Below are positions 39,141-51,600 of a stretch of 64,000 nucleotides of DNA, piece by piece (positions within the stretch are counted from its first letter, which is position 1; the number at the start of each line of letters is the position of its first letter). The DNA is taken from assembly GCA_023213395.1 (NCBI GenBank), contig CM041465.1, positions 205,909,741-205,973,740 on the forward strand. Direction: 5' to 3'. The notes beneath the pieces were generated by a model. The model was not told the origin of the DNA. It did not search any database and was given only the letters and a program-made list of their open reading frames with translations. Position numbers and translations under genes: made by a program. The DNA is from Cycas panzhihuaensis (taxonomy: Eukaryota > Plantae > Cycadophyta).

Positions 39141-42100
39141 GTTTTGAAGTCATAAGGGAATTTCTATTCCTATGGTTCTTGTCATTTTTTTAATTTGTTT
39201 TTTATATTTTATTATATATCGTTTCAGTCTACTTCCATTGACTGGTTTTTCCAACAGTGTTCTATCAAGTTGTTAGAGTCGCACTGCTCCACTCGACCAA
39301 ATTTGGTTCATCTTACATGAACCAAGCCACTGCAACTTTAATTTTTTAGGTTTGATTCGAAACTTACTGTCATAAAGAAGAACAAGGTCTCCTTCCTAAA
39401 ACTATGGGACTTTGAGATGCCGATTATGCCATGCCTTTCTTCTCATCTTCTTTGCTTTCAGTTCCCACTAAGCTCTTGCTCGTTTTTCATCCAATTTCAT
39501 TAAATCTACATATCGTTGGTTCTATGAATCATCCTCAAACAATCATAGCTTAGATGTCACTCTCAAACTTTTTGCCTAGAATTCTAGGGGAAGTATGGCC
39601 TCGAGTCCATAAACCAACAGGAATGGAGCTTGCTTATAAGCCCGCTTTATCGTTGTCGTGTCAACCCATAAAACGGAATGGAGTCGCTCTGCCCAGTCCA
39701 TTCACCCTTGATTGCAGATTTTAGATAATGCCAATTTCAAAATTTTATTGGTGCTTTCCACTTGCCCATTTGCCCGAGGATAATACGAGGAAGACTTTGA
39801 ATGTGGAATCAAAATTTTCTGCATCAATTGTTTTCTTGTTTTGCTAAAGAAGTTGCTTCCTTGATCCGAAACGATTTCTAATGGGCAACTAAATCAAATA
39901 ATTATCATTTTGTATAGAAACCGGGTTATACTCTGAGCGTCACACGTCCTCATTGCCTTGGCTTCGGTCCATTTTGTTAAAAAAATAGTAGCGACCAAAA
40001 TGTATCTTGCGTTTGTACGCCGAGTTGGTGGATTAATAGGTCCAATAAAATCCAATCCCTATTTTTCAAATGGAGTTTGATCCAATGTAGGACATAAAAG
40101 CATGAAATGGTTTTTTGCCAACTTCTTCACTTGCTGGCATCCATCACAGCTCCGAACCCACTTTTGTACATCCTTAAAGATTGTAGGCCACCAGAGTCCT
40201 ACCAGTAAGATTTTCTTACTTGTTGATTTAATCCCTTGGTGTTTTGCTGCAACTCCTTTATGGGCTTCTCTGATAATAGTTTCCACTTCATGTTCCATTA
40301 TACATCTCCTTAAGACTTGATCGAGTCCCATCTTATACAACATTCCTTGAATCAGTTGGAAGGGAAACGTTTTCTTGATGAAGCTTTGTCGTTCAACACG
40401 TTCCATCCTTAATGGTGTTTGTCCTATTGCTAGAAACTGTGCTATATCCTGGTACCATTTAGGTACTGCTTCGATGGCGAACAATTTTGCATCTGGAAAA
40501 TCAGCCTGGATTCTTGTTGCCGGTTCCTCGTCCACTTCGCTCGACAGTAAATCTGGAATTGTATGCTTAGCTCCTTTCTTGACAATGATCTTGAAATTGA
40601 ACTCCTAGAACAACATGATTCACCTGATGGTTCTCCCATGAACTATAGGCTTATTAATTAAATATTGAAGTGCCTGATGATCTACAGAAAAAACAAATGG
40701 GTTAGCCAGTAAATAGTGTCTGAATTTCTGGAGAGCGTATACCATGGACCTTTCTCGTTCTGTCACTAAGTAATTCTTTTCAGCCTCTATTAAATTTCTG
40801 CTTGCAAAATAAATTGGTAGATTGATTTTGTCATCTTCTGGCTATGTCAGTACACACCCAATCGCGAACAAGGAGGCATCTACATGTACATGGAAGGGTT
40901 TATCCCAATTTGGAAATCTGAGGATTGGCGCTTGGGCTATCTTCTTTTTCAATAATTTGAATGCCAACTGTTGTTGAAGTTGCCATTGGCACTCAGTCTT
41001 TTTTTTCAACAGGATTTCCAGGGGGTTAACTATCTAAGCATAATTTTTTATGAACTTTTGATAGTACCCCATCATCCCTAGGAATCGTTTAACCCGCCTT
41101 CGTGTTTTTGGCAATGGAAAATTTAAAATCATTGCTACTTTATTTGGATTCATAAGCAGTCCATCTTTTGTCACCACATGTCCTAATAGGGTCCCAAATG
41201 GCACCATGAAGGTGCATTTCACAAGATTTAAACATAAATTGTTCTTTTTGCGAGTTTCAAGCATTAATAGTAAACAACCCAGGTGATTCTTTAATAAACA
41301 ATGTCCAATCATCCAAAAATACCTCGATTGTTTTCCCTATCGTTTGTTTAAAAATATTGAGAATAATTCTCTAGAATGTTGCAGGGGCATTCGTTAATCC
41401 AAATGGCATTACTCTGAATGCGTGAGTACCCCACTTGGTGACAAAGGTTATCTTTAATTGGTCTTCTAATGCAATCCTGACCTGGTTGTACCTACTAAAT
41501 CCATCAGTAAAAGAGTGCACCTCATGCCCTTCCACTTTTTCTAAAATATCCTCCATAAAAGGAATTGGGAACGGATCCTTCTTAGTGGCTTTGTTTAAAG
41601 CTCTATAGTCGACATAAGCTCTCAGTTTCCCATTTTTTTTTTGGGACGACCACAACCGAGCTTATCTATTCGCTATTTTCAACCTCGAAAATGTAATCCG
41701 CTTTCAGTATCTTATCAAGCTCAGCTTTAACTTTCTCCTTATACTTTGGATTCATACAGTATGGCCTTTGCCTTACCGATTTAGCCCCTTTTATCAAATT
41801 GATTTTGTGTTCACCCAATTTTGGTGGGATGCCTTTTAAGTCCTAATAAAACTAGGCAAACACATCCTTATATTCCAAGAATAGTGAGGTCACTTGTTAC
41901 ACCATTTCTTCTTTCCAGTAATCACCCAAGGTGATCATCCGTGGTTGTTCTTCTGTCCCAATATTAATTTCTTGCGTCTTTAATTTTTCCCCTAGCATTG
42001 TTTTACCATCTAGACCTAGTGTGTAGGTTGGCGTGCTATCTATGCTACGGTCTTCATATTCTAACATGGAATAAGTAGTTTGTTGTTCCTGCAGATTTTC

Positions 42101-44097
42101 CTCTTGAATCTGAAAGCAATACACTTCATTTTCCCAGATTTTTTTTCCTTAATTTTTTCATTTAAACTATGATATGTAACAGTCTGATCTATTAGTCTTA
42201 TTCTTTTAGAGGAATTATACCAGATAGTGAAGATTCCTTCAACTGTCGTTTCCAACTACTGAGTCCAATCGTTTTTTGTACATTCTTGAACACACCTTTG
42301 CACGTATAAATCATCTCCATTCTAAGACGAGGGAACTTTATCCCTTTGAAATTTTATAAAATTTTTTTTGCTCATTTCTTGCCAACAATTAAAATTTTAT
42401 GCATATGTGCCTTACCAAATCCAGGCTTGTCCTATCCAAGGACAGGGAGACACAAAGGAATTGTTGCTGCCATTTATTCTTCATGATTTTAATACATTGT
42501 TGCAGATGATTTTCTGCTTGTTCTGGGCCACCATTATATTTAGGCAGTTTACAAATTATAGGAACAAATTTTGCTTGGTCATTTTTTCCTAATTGAGGTG
42601 ACTCTAATTATTTTTCCTCCTCGTCCTCTTCTTTGGAAGAATCCATATAGCATTCCATATGATAACATGAAGCCGGTTCCATTTCTTCCCAAGCATTATG
42701 CAACCAATTTAGCATATAGGAGGATAAAGGGCTACCTGGCAGCCTCGGTTGCATTTGAAAAGCTATTTTAGAGCAAGAACTCACTGTAGATTTTGTGGTT
42801 GCTGTTGTGGATGAAGCTCTACCTTCATTTTCAATCTTTTCTATCTTTGGCCCGTCTGATCCTAAGGGAAAAGTTTTTGTTTTCTCCCCTACTGGAAGAG
42901 TGAATGTATGTCTCTCCCAATCTTGAATTGCCTTTGTAGCCAGTAACCGTGGTCTTCACAACAGGGCTAGATAAGTCTTTCTTTGGTTCTGCATATGTAC
43001 TACTGCAAAATCCAACAACATAGTTACTTCTGCAACAGTTATTGGAACATTCAATAGTGTTCCCATGGGCCTTACTTGTAATTGATTAGCTAATCTAATC
43101 GAATAATCCGAGGAAACCACGTTGGGCCTTCCTAAGGCTATCCATGAGGATTCGAGTAGTACTTTTACTCCTAAGCCCCCATCTATAATAGTTCTACATA
43201 AGGTGGTTCCGAACACCATCATCGAAACTCTGGGGTCTATTCCTGTATCTTTTATGGTCGTAAGAGCAGGCTTTTCAATTTGATCTAATACCATTTACTA
43301 AAAATACCCCGCTTCCCACCACTTAAATACTATGGATATAGGGATTGACACTCCTAATTCACTAAGTATATCTTTTACAATTTGCAACTGTTGCCAAGGA
43401 TTCATACCTTTTGGCGATTGTGTTGTCCTCCTTTTGTAATGCAGGCCCTTAAATCTTCCTTTTTGTGATTCCTCTTGAACTTCTTCCATTGCATCTTGAA
43501 GGATTTTTACTGCCTTTTGTAATCGTTGCTTTTCTATTGTTGGATCTGGGAAATTATCTTGAATATGAAGAGGTCCTATTGATTTACCACTTTATGTTTG
43601 CAAATAGGCTGGTTTTTCTTGATGCAAAATCATGTCCACCAAATTGGTGTTTTTGTACTTTATTGTTCTTTGGACAGATAGACCATTCATGATCTGTTGG
43701 CTCACATTCTTCACAGATATATTCTCCTCCTTTCTTTTCTAGTGGACACTCTGATCTGTAATATCCCCATCTCTGGCATAAGAAACAACGAATTGGTCTT
43801 GTCTTGCCCTTGTATTGTCTTGCAACTCCATGTTCCGCATTTTGCGAATATACGTTATGTATTTTGCCTTCATTATTCTTGGGTCTGAAATAACATTCCC
43901 ATGTGTTATGATTGTTCCTTCGGCAATTCTCGCACCATTTTGTGGATCCTCCATGCTCATTTTTTAAATGCCCTTGCTGATTGCAAGGTGGGGGGCATCA
44001 GATGTTTTCTCTTGATTTTTCAAGTCGCAATCGAGATAATTGTGTACGAAGCTTTTCCAGTTCTTGATTATGTTGCATATTGTTTGGAACAGAGACT

Positions 44098-44673
44098 TGT
44101 GGAAAATGGGCATTAGGCCACATTAATCCCAAGATCATAAGTACAATCACAATACTATAAATGCATGAAAGCATGAAAGCATAAAGAGCACAAACTGAAA
44201 TAGGAGCAAGAGAAAATGATACCCAATATGTGGAGTTGGAATTGGTCCAACCTCCCAAGAAGAAAACAGTTTGATTAGCAAACTGATAGCATAACAATCT
44301 GACTCCAACTCTCCTTATGAGACAATGAGGAGAGGTCTCATTATATAGAGTGAAATGAGAGACCTAAGGCCTTGGATGTTTGACAAGTGTCAAACATCCA
44401 AGATATGACTTCGATCATGAGCAAAAGTGCTTGGATCCTCACCTAAGGCCTTGGATGTTTGACAAGTGTCAAACATCCAAGATACATCACTTGGATCACT
44501 CAAAAAAGTGCATGAGGGTCCATTGACCCTTTAGTGACAACATTGTGTCACTAGAAAGAATGTGGGTGTGCACTTTATCACTTAAGTGATAAGTCACCCC
44601 TAAAGTATAAAGTGCATATATTACATGAAAAATAAAAGTACATTCACTTAACATTTAAACATAAGGTTTAACA
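44098..44673 (-). mobile_element. Solo LTR (576 bp) with a duplicated palindrome
   Basis: TG...CA ends and perfect TSD AGACT; interrupts gag. TATA-like CTATATAA on minus near 44341-44348. Confidence 0.85.
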
Positions 44674-44679
44674 AGACTG

Positions 44680-45064
44680 TGTTAGATTTTAACATGGAAA
44701 GCATCCAACTCCAAATACAACCACAAGATCGATAACCAAAGCATAACCTGCATTCAATTAACACAAGCATAACACTAATACATCATAGACTCAACATGAG
44801 TCTCCATAATAACTTGATAACATATACTACCACAACCACCTTTATATACAAAAGAGGTGGGAGGACATACAAGACAAGTAATGCATGTGGGACAAATACC
44901 TTTGTCCTGACCAATGACGTTACACCAACTAACTTGACCAATAGGCTTCTATCTTCTCACACAATATTATAATGACTCTTTGACTCTAAGACCTAGGACT
45001 ATGACTATTAATCCTAGGACACACTTTACTTACTCATACACACATTAAACATTGTACTCTAATA
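44680..45064 (-). mobile_element. Solo LTR (385 bp), same family as the LTRs of element 56935-61711
   Basis: Perfect TSD GACTG. Reverse complement aligns to 56935-57307 (GACTCATGTTGAGTCTATGATG, GCTTTCCATGTTAAAATCTAACA). Confidence 0.92.
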
Positions 45065-47967
45065 GACTGTAGGCTGTTGCTTCAATGCTTCCACTTCTTT
45101 CTTCAAGGTTTCGATTTTTAGATTAGTACCTATCTATGGCATCTGTGTGGGCTATATCGACATACCCGTTGTCGGGCAATATGTTGAGGGTTGTGTCATC
45201 ATTTGGGAATAGGTTGATTTCATTTGATTTTCAATTTCAGTGCTAACTCCCTTTCTTGCTTGTAGTTATTCATCAGATGTTGCATTACTTTTGTCTCTAA
45301 GTTGAGGTATCAATCCTTGTACAAAGTATTTCATTGCCAACATTGGATTGATTGCTGTTGTTGATTGCATTTTATTCATTTTGACTAGCATCTTTCCATC
45401 AAAGTCATTGACAGACTCCTCAGGATACTGTCGAATTTCTTCCAAAGCCTGTATGATGGCTATTGGATCTCTCAATTTTTGAAACCGATTCAAAAATTGT
45501 TCTTGCAATTGATCACAATTCAATTGCTGTGCTACTACATATTGGAACTATGCCACTGCGAGCTTTGATTTCTCTCTAATCCACGATCCTTTTGATTTGG
45601 ATCATGTTTTTAAATAATGCTAGATGGTTGCCCAGATCTGTGGTTCTATCAAATTGGAGGCTTGAAAACATTGAATCACTTTGCACAACAATATATGGGG
45701 TTGTATTTGCTTGATTTCCTCCATCCGGTATCTCACTTTGCCCTCCTGCAGTTCGTGCATTACTGCCCGTTATGCCTCCTATACAACTACCTGGAGCCGC
45801 CATTGGTAGTTTGAATAGGGGATTTATTATATGGCTTGGAGTTCGAATTTCTAATAGGTGATGATTCCAAGCTTGTTCCACTACACTATATATCTCAAAC
45901 TCGATGGAAGTTTCTTCCTGTGTTGATACTTCTTTTCGCGAGTTTTCTTCTTCAATGGAATCCTATTGATTATTTTCGTCCATACTCGCTGATTGTACTT
46001 CTTTTACTAGATCCTCTTCCTTTGCACACCTCAGATTAATTCCTTCATTTGCCTGTGTCTCAGTTAGGCCCAGATATTGATCTTTTACTTCATCCTTATT
46101 TTTTGACTTTCCCCTCTCCGTCGAATGTGCAAATGGTCGCCTCTTCACCTGCTTCCTTGGTGTGATTACAAATTTAGGTTTACGTATTCCGGTTTGGAGT
46201 CTTTCCCTTTCCCAACGCTCTCCTCAATCATGGCGCGATTCGACTGCTACTCTGGGTGGCATAGAAGAGGACCCAAAATCCTTTTTAGTTGGTCTTACCC
46301 ATCATCATTCTCCCTGGCTCAATTCGGCAATGGAACAAATGTGCATTGATTCATTCATCACATATAGAAACAAGCATAGAAAGCAACGACAGGTTGTAAC
46401 TATTCATTACAATGTAGAGACATGAGGATATGAGAAGCAAGAACCATCATCATTATATTATGACGGGTTGCTCTGGTTCTCTCACAACCAGAGACAACCC
46501 AAAACAATACACATAAGAGTCGGAATTACACAGCAAACACGGAATGTGGACGACTGCATTCCGTGCGACAATGGAAAAAACATTACAATCCAACAAAAAA
46601 CCGATGATGATATCTCTACAATGTTGTATTTATATTTGCCTATAACTTTGAGTTAGTTGCAACCGTTCCAATATACAAAATGGGTTGCAACTAATATAGT
46701 CATGCACAGTGTACATGTATCAACCACTTGGCTATGGAAAGAAAGGTTAGGAGCACTTGGTTTGTTGGTGAAGAAAGGCTTTCTATGGTTTGGAACAAGC
46801 TTTAAGAGCCTAGTATAAAAAAATTGATTTGTATTTTCTGAAGATTGGGTTTGAGAGATTGCCTGCTAACTCTAATCTATATATAAAAGTTTTAAATGAT
46901 ACTATAACTTTTGTGGTTTTGTATGTTGATGATTTGTTGATTATAATGAATGATACTACAATGATATCAGGCTTGAAGAAAGATCTAAGTTAAACTTTTA
47001 CGATGATAGATTTTGGGATCCTTCATTGCTTTCTTGGAGTGGAAGTTTGGTAGAGACTTAAAAAAGTCTTCATTTTGTAATTTAAATATACTTGGGAGAT
47101 TCTAAAGAAATTCATAATGAAGAACTGTAAGTTTGTACCTACCCCCATGAAGACAGGTACAAAATTGGCAGTTGATGATGATGGAAGAACAGTAGATGGC
47201 ACATTGCATAGGCAATTGGTTGGTAGTATCATCTATTTGACTACAGATAGGCTTGACATTTCTTTTGTAATAGGGATAGTTTTAGATTTATGGCAGCGTT
47301 GGAAGTATTGCCATTGGATTATTGCAAACTAGATCTTGAGATACTTGCAAAGAACATTACAGTATGGACTTGAGTTTGTGCATAATGACAACTTCAAATT
47401 GTAGAGATTCACATATTTAGATTGGGTTGGCTGTGTTGAAAGTAGGAGGTCCACATCTGATTATTATTTTAGTTTGGGATCAATTGCAATGAAATGGGGA
47501 AAGAAGAAGTAACCAAATGTTGCTATATCATCTACTAAGTAGTTGCAGCAGATACATAAGTTATCTGGTTAAGATAGATTCTTGGTGACATAGGTTTTTA
47601 TTAAGAGGATGCAACAAAGTTGTACTGTGACAATTATAGTACACTGAAGATTGGCAAGAATTTCGTGTTTTATGCTTGTAGCAGGCACATTGAAGTGCAT
47701 CATCACTTCACCAAAGAGTTGATCTAGAATGGAGAGATTGAGTTGGTATACATGCCTATAGATGAATAGTTGGTGGATATCTTCCCCAAAACTTTGGCAT
47801 GGGACAAATTTCAAAAGTTCAGAGATGGTATAGTTGTTAGGGTTAACGATGTAAACATTAAGGGGAAGTGTCAGAATATCTATTTAATGTTTACATTAAT
47901 TAGACTCATAACTTAATGTTATGAGACCTCTTGTAATGAATGTAATATTTGATTATAGAGGGATGGT

Positions 47968-48667
47968 TGTTGCGATTATATTTGACACTATGCATTCAGG
48001 GAAAGGAACGGATGAAGAACCAGTGGTCAGTTTGACAAAACAGTCAACTAGCATGGATACAGGACAGGGAATGGACAGAACAGAGCTAGAAATGCAGTCC
48101 ATTCCGCCACAGGAACAGACACTGTGTAATAGGAACACATCGAACAGAGATGGAACGAACGTTGGGCAGAAGAAACGTAGCAAGTAGATGGGAATGGTTG
48201 TGGTACGGATGTGACACATGGACAACTGTATGGACGAACGAATGGTTAAAGATTAACAAAGGGATTAGGGATGAACAGGCGTCCATTCAGAAGAATGGAT
48301 GGTTGTGATTGTAGATGCAATCGTTCCGTAACAGGAATGGATAGTGTATTTAAACACATCTGTCCATTGGGATGGGTGTGAGAGCCGAGTCAGTGATCCA
48401 GCGGTACCTGATCTGGTATGGTTGACCAGTCAGACCGAATGGACCTTGTATGATGTAATCTTGACTATTGTCTAATAAAATAAGAGAGTTACGTGAACAA
48501 TTATGTGTACTTATTGAGGAATGCATGAGGAATGTATGTTATTTGTGGACTTATGTGGCTTGGTAAATGAAGAATATGTATGTTGACCATTTGCACACAC
48601 CCTAGACTACAGTGGAAACCCTTGACAAGTGAAGATTTGCAATAGGGAGCAAACAATTAAGTCAACA
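47968..48667 (+). mobile_element. Solo LTR (700 bp) of the tRNA-Glu-type Gypsy family, inside the Copia 3 3' LTR
   Basis: TGTTG...GTCAACA ends, TSD ATGGT/ATGGG, absent from the 5' LTR copy. Shares GTGAGAGCCGAGT, CTAGACTA and CCTTGACAAGTG with solo LTR 25563-26430. Confidence 0.88.
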
Positions 48668-51600
48668 ATGGGTTGATTGGGGGACCACTCATGAAGTTGA
48701 CAAGTGGTGGCATCAGGACTGGTTGTTACATTTGTATAGTTGTGTACAAACATGTATTTGTGTTGTAAAGATTGGAGCAATATGGTGACTAATTCTCTGT
48801 GTTTCAATTGTTCTTTGTATTCTTCCTTGTGTACTCTAATTTCCAACACAAACAAACATAGATTATTGAACTATAAGGTTAGCTCAAGAAAAGGGAAGGG
48901 GGAAGAGTAACCCCATGAAAAAAGGGGGGCAACTATTGATAAGATAGGCACTGCTTTGGGATTTGAGTAAAGATTCTCAATAATTTTAAACCCTAAGGTA
49001 GATGAATGCAACAAATCTAGCACATGGACACTTAGAACGGTTAGGAATGACTCAAACAACTAGAACAATTGTAGAAATGACCATTACAATTGCAGAAACA
49101 ACTAAAATGAGTGCAAAAATTGCTAAAATAGTTCTAAGAATGGTTAGAATAGTTGCAAGTCTATAGAATAGCTCTTGAGGAAAGGTTTGCTAGAAGGGAA
49201 CAACACGATAATGGTCACAAGAGAATGGGAACAGTTGGTGTGGAATAGTTCCTTAAAAAATGAGCAACTATAATGGAAATGGTACAAACGTTTGTCCAAA
49301 TGTAGGGACATATAAAAACATCGCAAATTAATTAATTATTACTAGTGGTCGTATGAAAAGTCAAAAAACATGGTGAATGGTTGTAATCTTTGGTCAAATA
49401 AACCACCTTTTTGGGTATGTATAGGGCACTCTCACTTGTTTTTGGTGTAAGAGCCAAATTATTTGATCATAAGTCATCCTCTCTAGCATATGAAGGTTGG
49501 AGTATCAAACATGCCCAAAAGGTGAAGCATTCTTATTCATTATACTTGGCATTGTTTAATGGAATTATGAGTTACGGGGAAAAATTTTGTATATGTGCCT
49601 ATATGGTTGTTTCCTTTGCAACAGGTATGTGTATGCATGAACTAATAACTTGACAAGTGGTTAAGACTTGAATATATGAAGAAGACAACATCAAATTGGA
49701 GGATTCATGTCATAGAAGAGCAATCAGGTAGCTTTGGGTTAGTTGTTGTGTCAATCTTTAGTCAATATGTACATTTGAAGCAGGGTAGGGCATTTAAATT
49801 TTCACGTCGTTACCTATTATTGTTGCTAATATGTCACGTGTATTCGTTTCATCTAAATGACAACTATTTGATGGAACTTGAACTCTTCCTGTTTCTACTT
49901 GAGATAAACTATCCTATGAATATGTTAAGCACTTGGTACCTCTTGTAAAGGGCTTTGGCCATGGTGGATCCGTTGTTCTTGTTGACTACTATGTGGCTCA
50001 TCGATGTCCCAAAACTGCCCAATATTGTAGCTGCCATGTGTCCTCTTACATCTTGATGTTAGCCACAATCAAGTTATTTGCAACATATTTAACAACTTTA
50101 CAGCATTCACCACATATGTAACATACTCAATCAAAACATAAACAATCAATCATCAATCAGATAGAATGCACAATATTTTCCTCATAATTCGCATATTTCA
50201 TTAATTAGCATTGAATATACTTATAGGACATTACATCACTTTCAATGTTCATCTCTCACACTTGAGAGTATATCATATGACTCAATCAATTGGCTCTCAT
50301 CCTTGTGACTATATCACGAGACTTCATCACTTGGCTCTCATTGTTGAACCAATAGGAGAAATGACCTAGTTATACCTTTTTACATGGCATGACCATACAA
50401 CATATCCTTTGACTTTTCATAACACAAAACTCTAATTAATGATTATCAAGTGTTGCTCCATACATCCATAGGACTGTATGAAATGTCCTTTTGGTGTCTC
50501 GACATAGAACCGTTTTGAGAAGCATTTGTCATTCTAAAATCGTCCCATTGTTTGCAAAACTATCTTAGAACCGTTCTAACATCTGTTAAGAATTGTTCCC
50601 TGAGAGTGAGTTTCTTGACTTGTAACCATTCCTTGCATTCCAAAAGCTTTCCAAAATTGTTCCTTGATTGGATTTCTATTGTTTTCTTGCTAGATCATCT
50701 TCATAACCATTCCTAGAAACGTTCAAGATTGTTCCCAAATGTCTTAGAACCAATTACATTGCACACATCTATTCAAGGGTTCATAAAATATTTTGAGCAT
50801 CCTTGCTCAACATCAACAAAAATCCTTGCCACTATCTTCTCAAATTTTTATTTTTCAGTGGTGGGTCTTCCTCCCTATTTTTTCTCTTGAGCTGCTCTTG
50901 TAGCTCTCTAAGTTGCATGTCCTTCTTTCATGCTTCCTCCATTAATTGCTCATTAATTTTCGTTAAGTTTTTCGAGATTCTTCTTGGAATGCTTCTAAGA
51001 AAGTTAATTTCACTCGAATTTCCATTTTCATTGTCTTATTTAGGCTTTTGCAAGGCTTTATCCATTCTTGTTATCTTATTTAGGGGTTTTGTAGGACTTT
51101 ATTGTTGATGTATATATTTCTTCAAAGATTCTATAGTGTTGTGTGACTGATGTTGAATTATGGGCTATATTCTTCAAAATTTCTAATTATTTTGCATTTT
51201 TGTTTTTTTTACATATCAAGATGGAATCAAACTCTTGATATCGGGACAAACTCAATTTTTTTCAATTTTAAGCAACGCATTTATGGTGCAACTAGTCTAT
51301 TCCTCTGGAAAGTTTTTTTACCCTAACTGTGGTGGAGTTTGAGCTTGTTGCCCTTGACCATTTCAAGTAGTAGTTAGCCTGCTAGTTCCTCAACTAGATA
51401 GTGCCATTCTTGCACACATGTTTAATCACACATGGTCGTTTCTAAGGCACCTTTAATTCTTCCTAATGAATTTGGGATTTGTTGTCGAATTGTCATACTC
51501 AATCACCCTTTTTGAAATGCGATGTCCTAACATGGTGGTCATGTCATGTTAGTTTTGGCCTTTTCCTTGTTGTGGTTTGCTTTGTTAGTTTCTTCTTATT

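Larger units (their letters stand above)
39215..45881 (-). pseudogene. Degenerate Gypsy gag-pol of element 35491-46708
   Basis: Domain motifs in gag-PR-RT-RH-INT order, with many stops. Confidence 0.9.
35491..46708 (-). mobile_element. Non-chromovirus Ty3/Gypsy (Athila/Tat-like) element with an extra 3' ORF, inserted in the Copia 3 RT
   Basis: 369-bp LTRs at 35491-35859 and 46340-46708, perfect TSD GTGTA. PPT GAAGGGAGAGA; PBS CGGCAATGGAACAA (46325-46338, tRNA-Glu-like). Gag 45266-45881, PR (IIDGGLGV 42956-43294), RT (VMPFGLTNAPATF), RNase H (HVHVDASL), INT (40059-40535 and on to ~39215). Confidence 0.93.
17044..48848 (+). mobile_element. Ty1/Copia LTR retrotransposon 3, old, host of several nested insertions
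   Basis: 5' LTR 17044-17344, PBS TGGTATCGGAGCC 17345-17357. Gag with zinc knuckle (~19426 CWHYGKLGHLRKDC), PR (YIDS ~19635), INT to 20640 resuming at 34557, RT to 35490 resuming at 46714, then RNase H. PPT ATTAAGGGGAAG, 3' LTR 47869-48848 (split by a solo LTR). TSD CAAAT/CAAAC. Confidence 0.9.

Noticed and set aside
38260-39193. CRISPR-like array, or a 225-aa Cys/His-rich protein gene
   Set aside because: Units are head-to-tail with no unique spacers and the context is eukaryotic. ORFs in several frames arise because the 21-bp unit lacks stop codons.
47921-48290. Short ORFs inside LTRs, and antisense Phe/Leu/Ser-rich ORFs elsewhere in the track
   Set aside because: They fall within LTRs or are shadows of purine-rich TE coding strands, with no recognisable protein features.
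48915-49979. Possible older Gypsy PPT and 3' LTR (AAAAAGGGGGGCAACTA then TGATAAG)
   Set aside because: No partner LTR, end or TSD could be established, so it is not listed as a feature.
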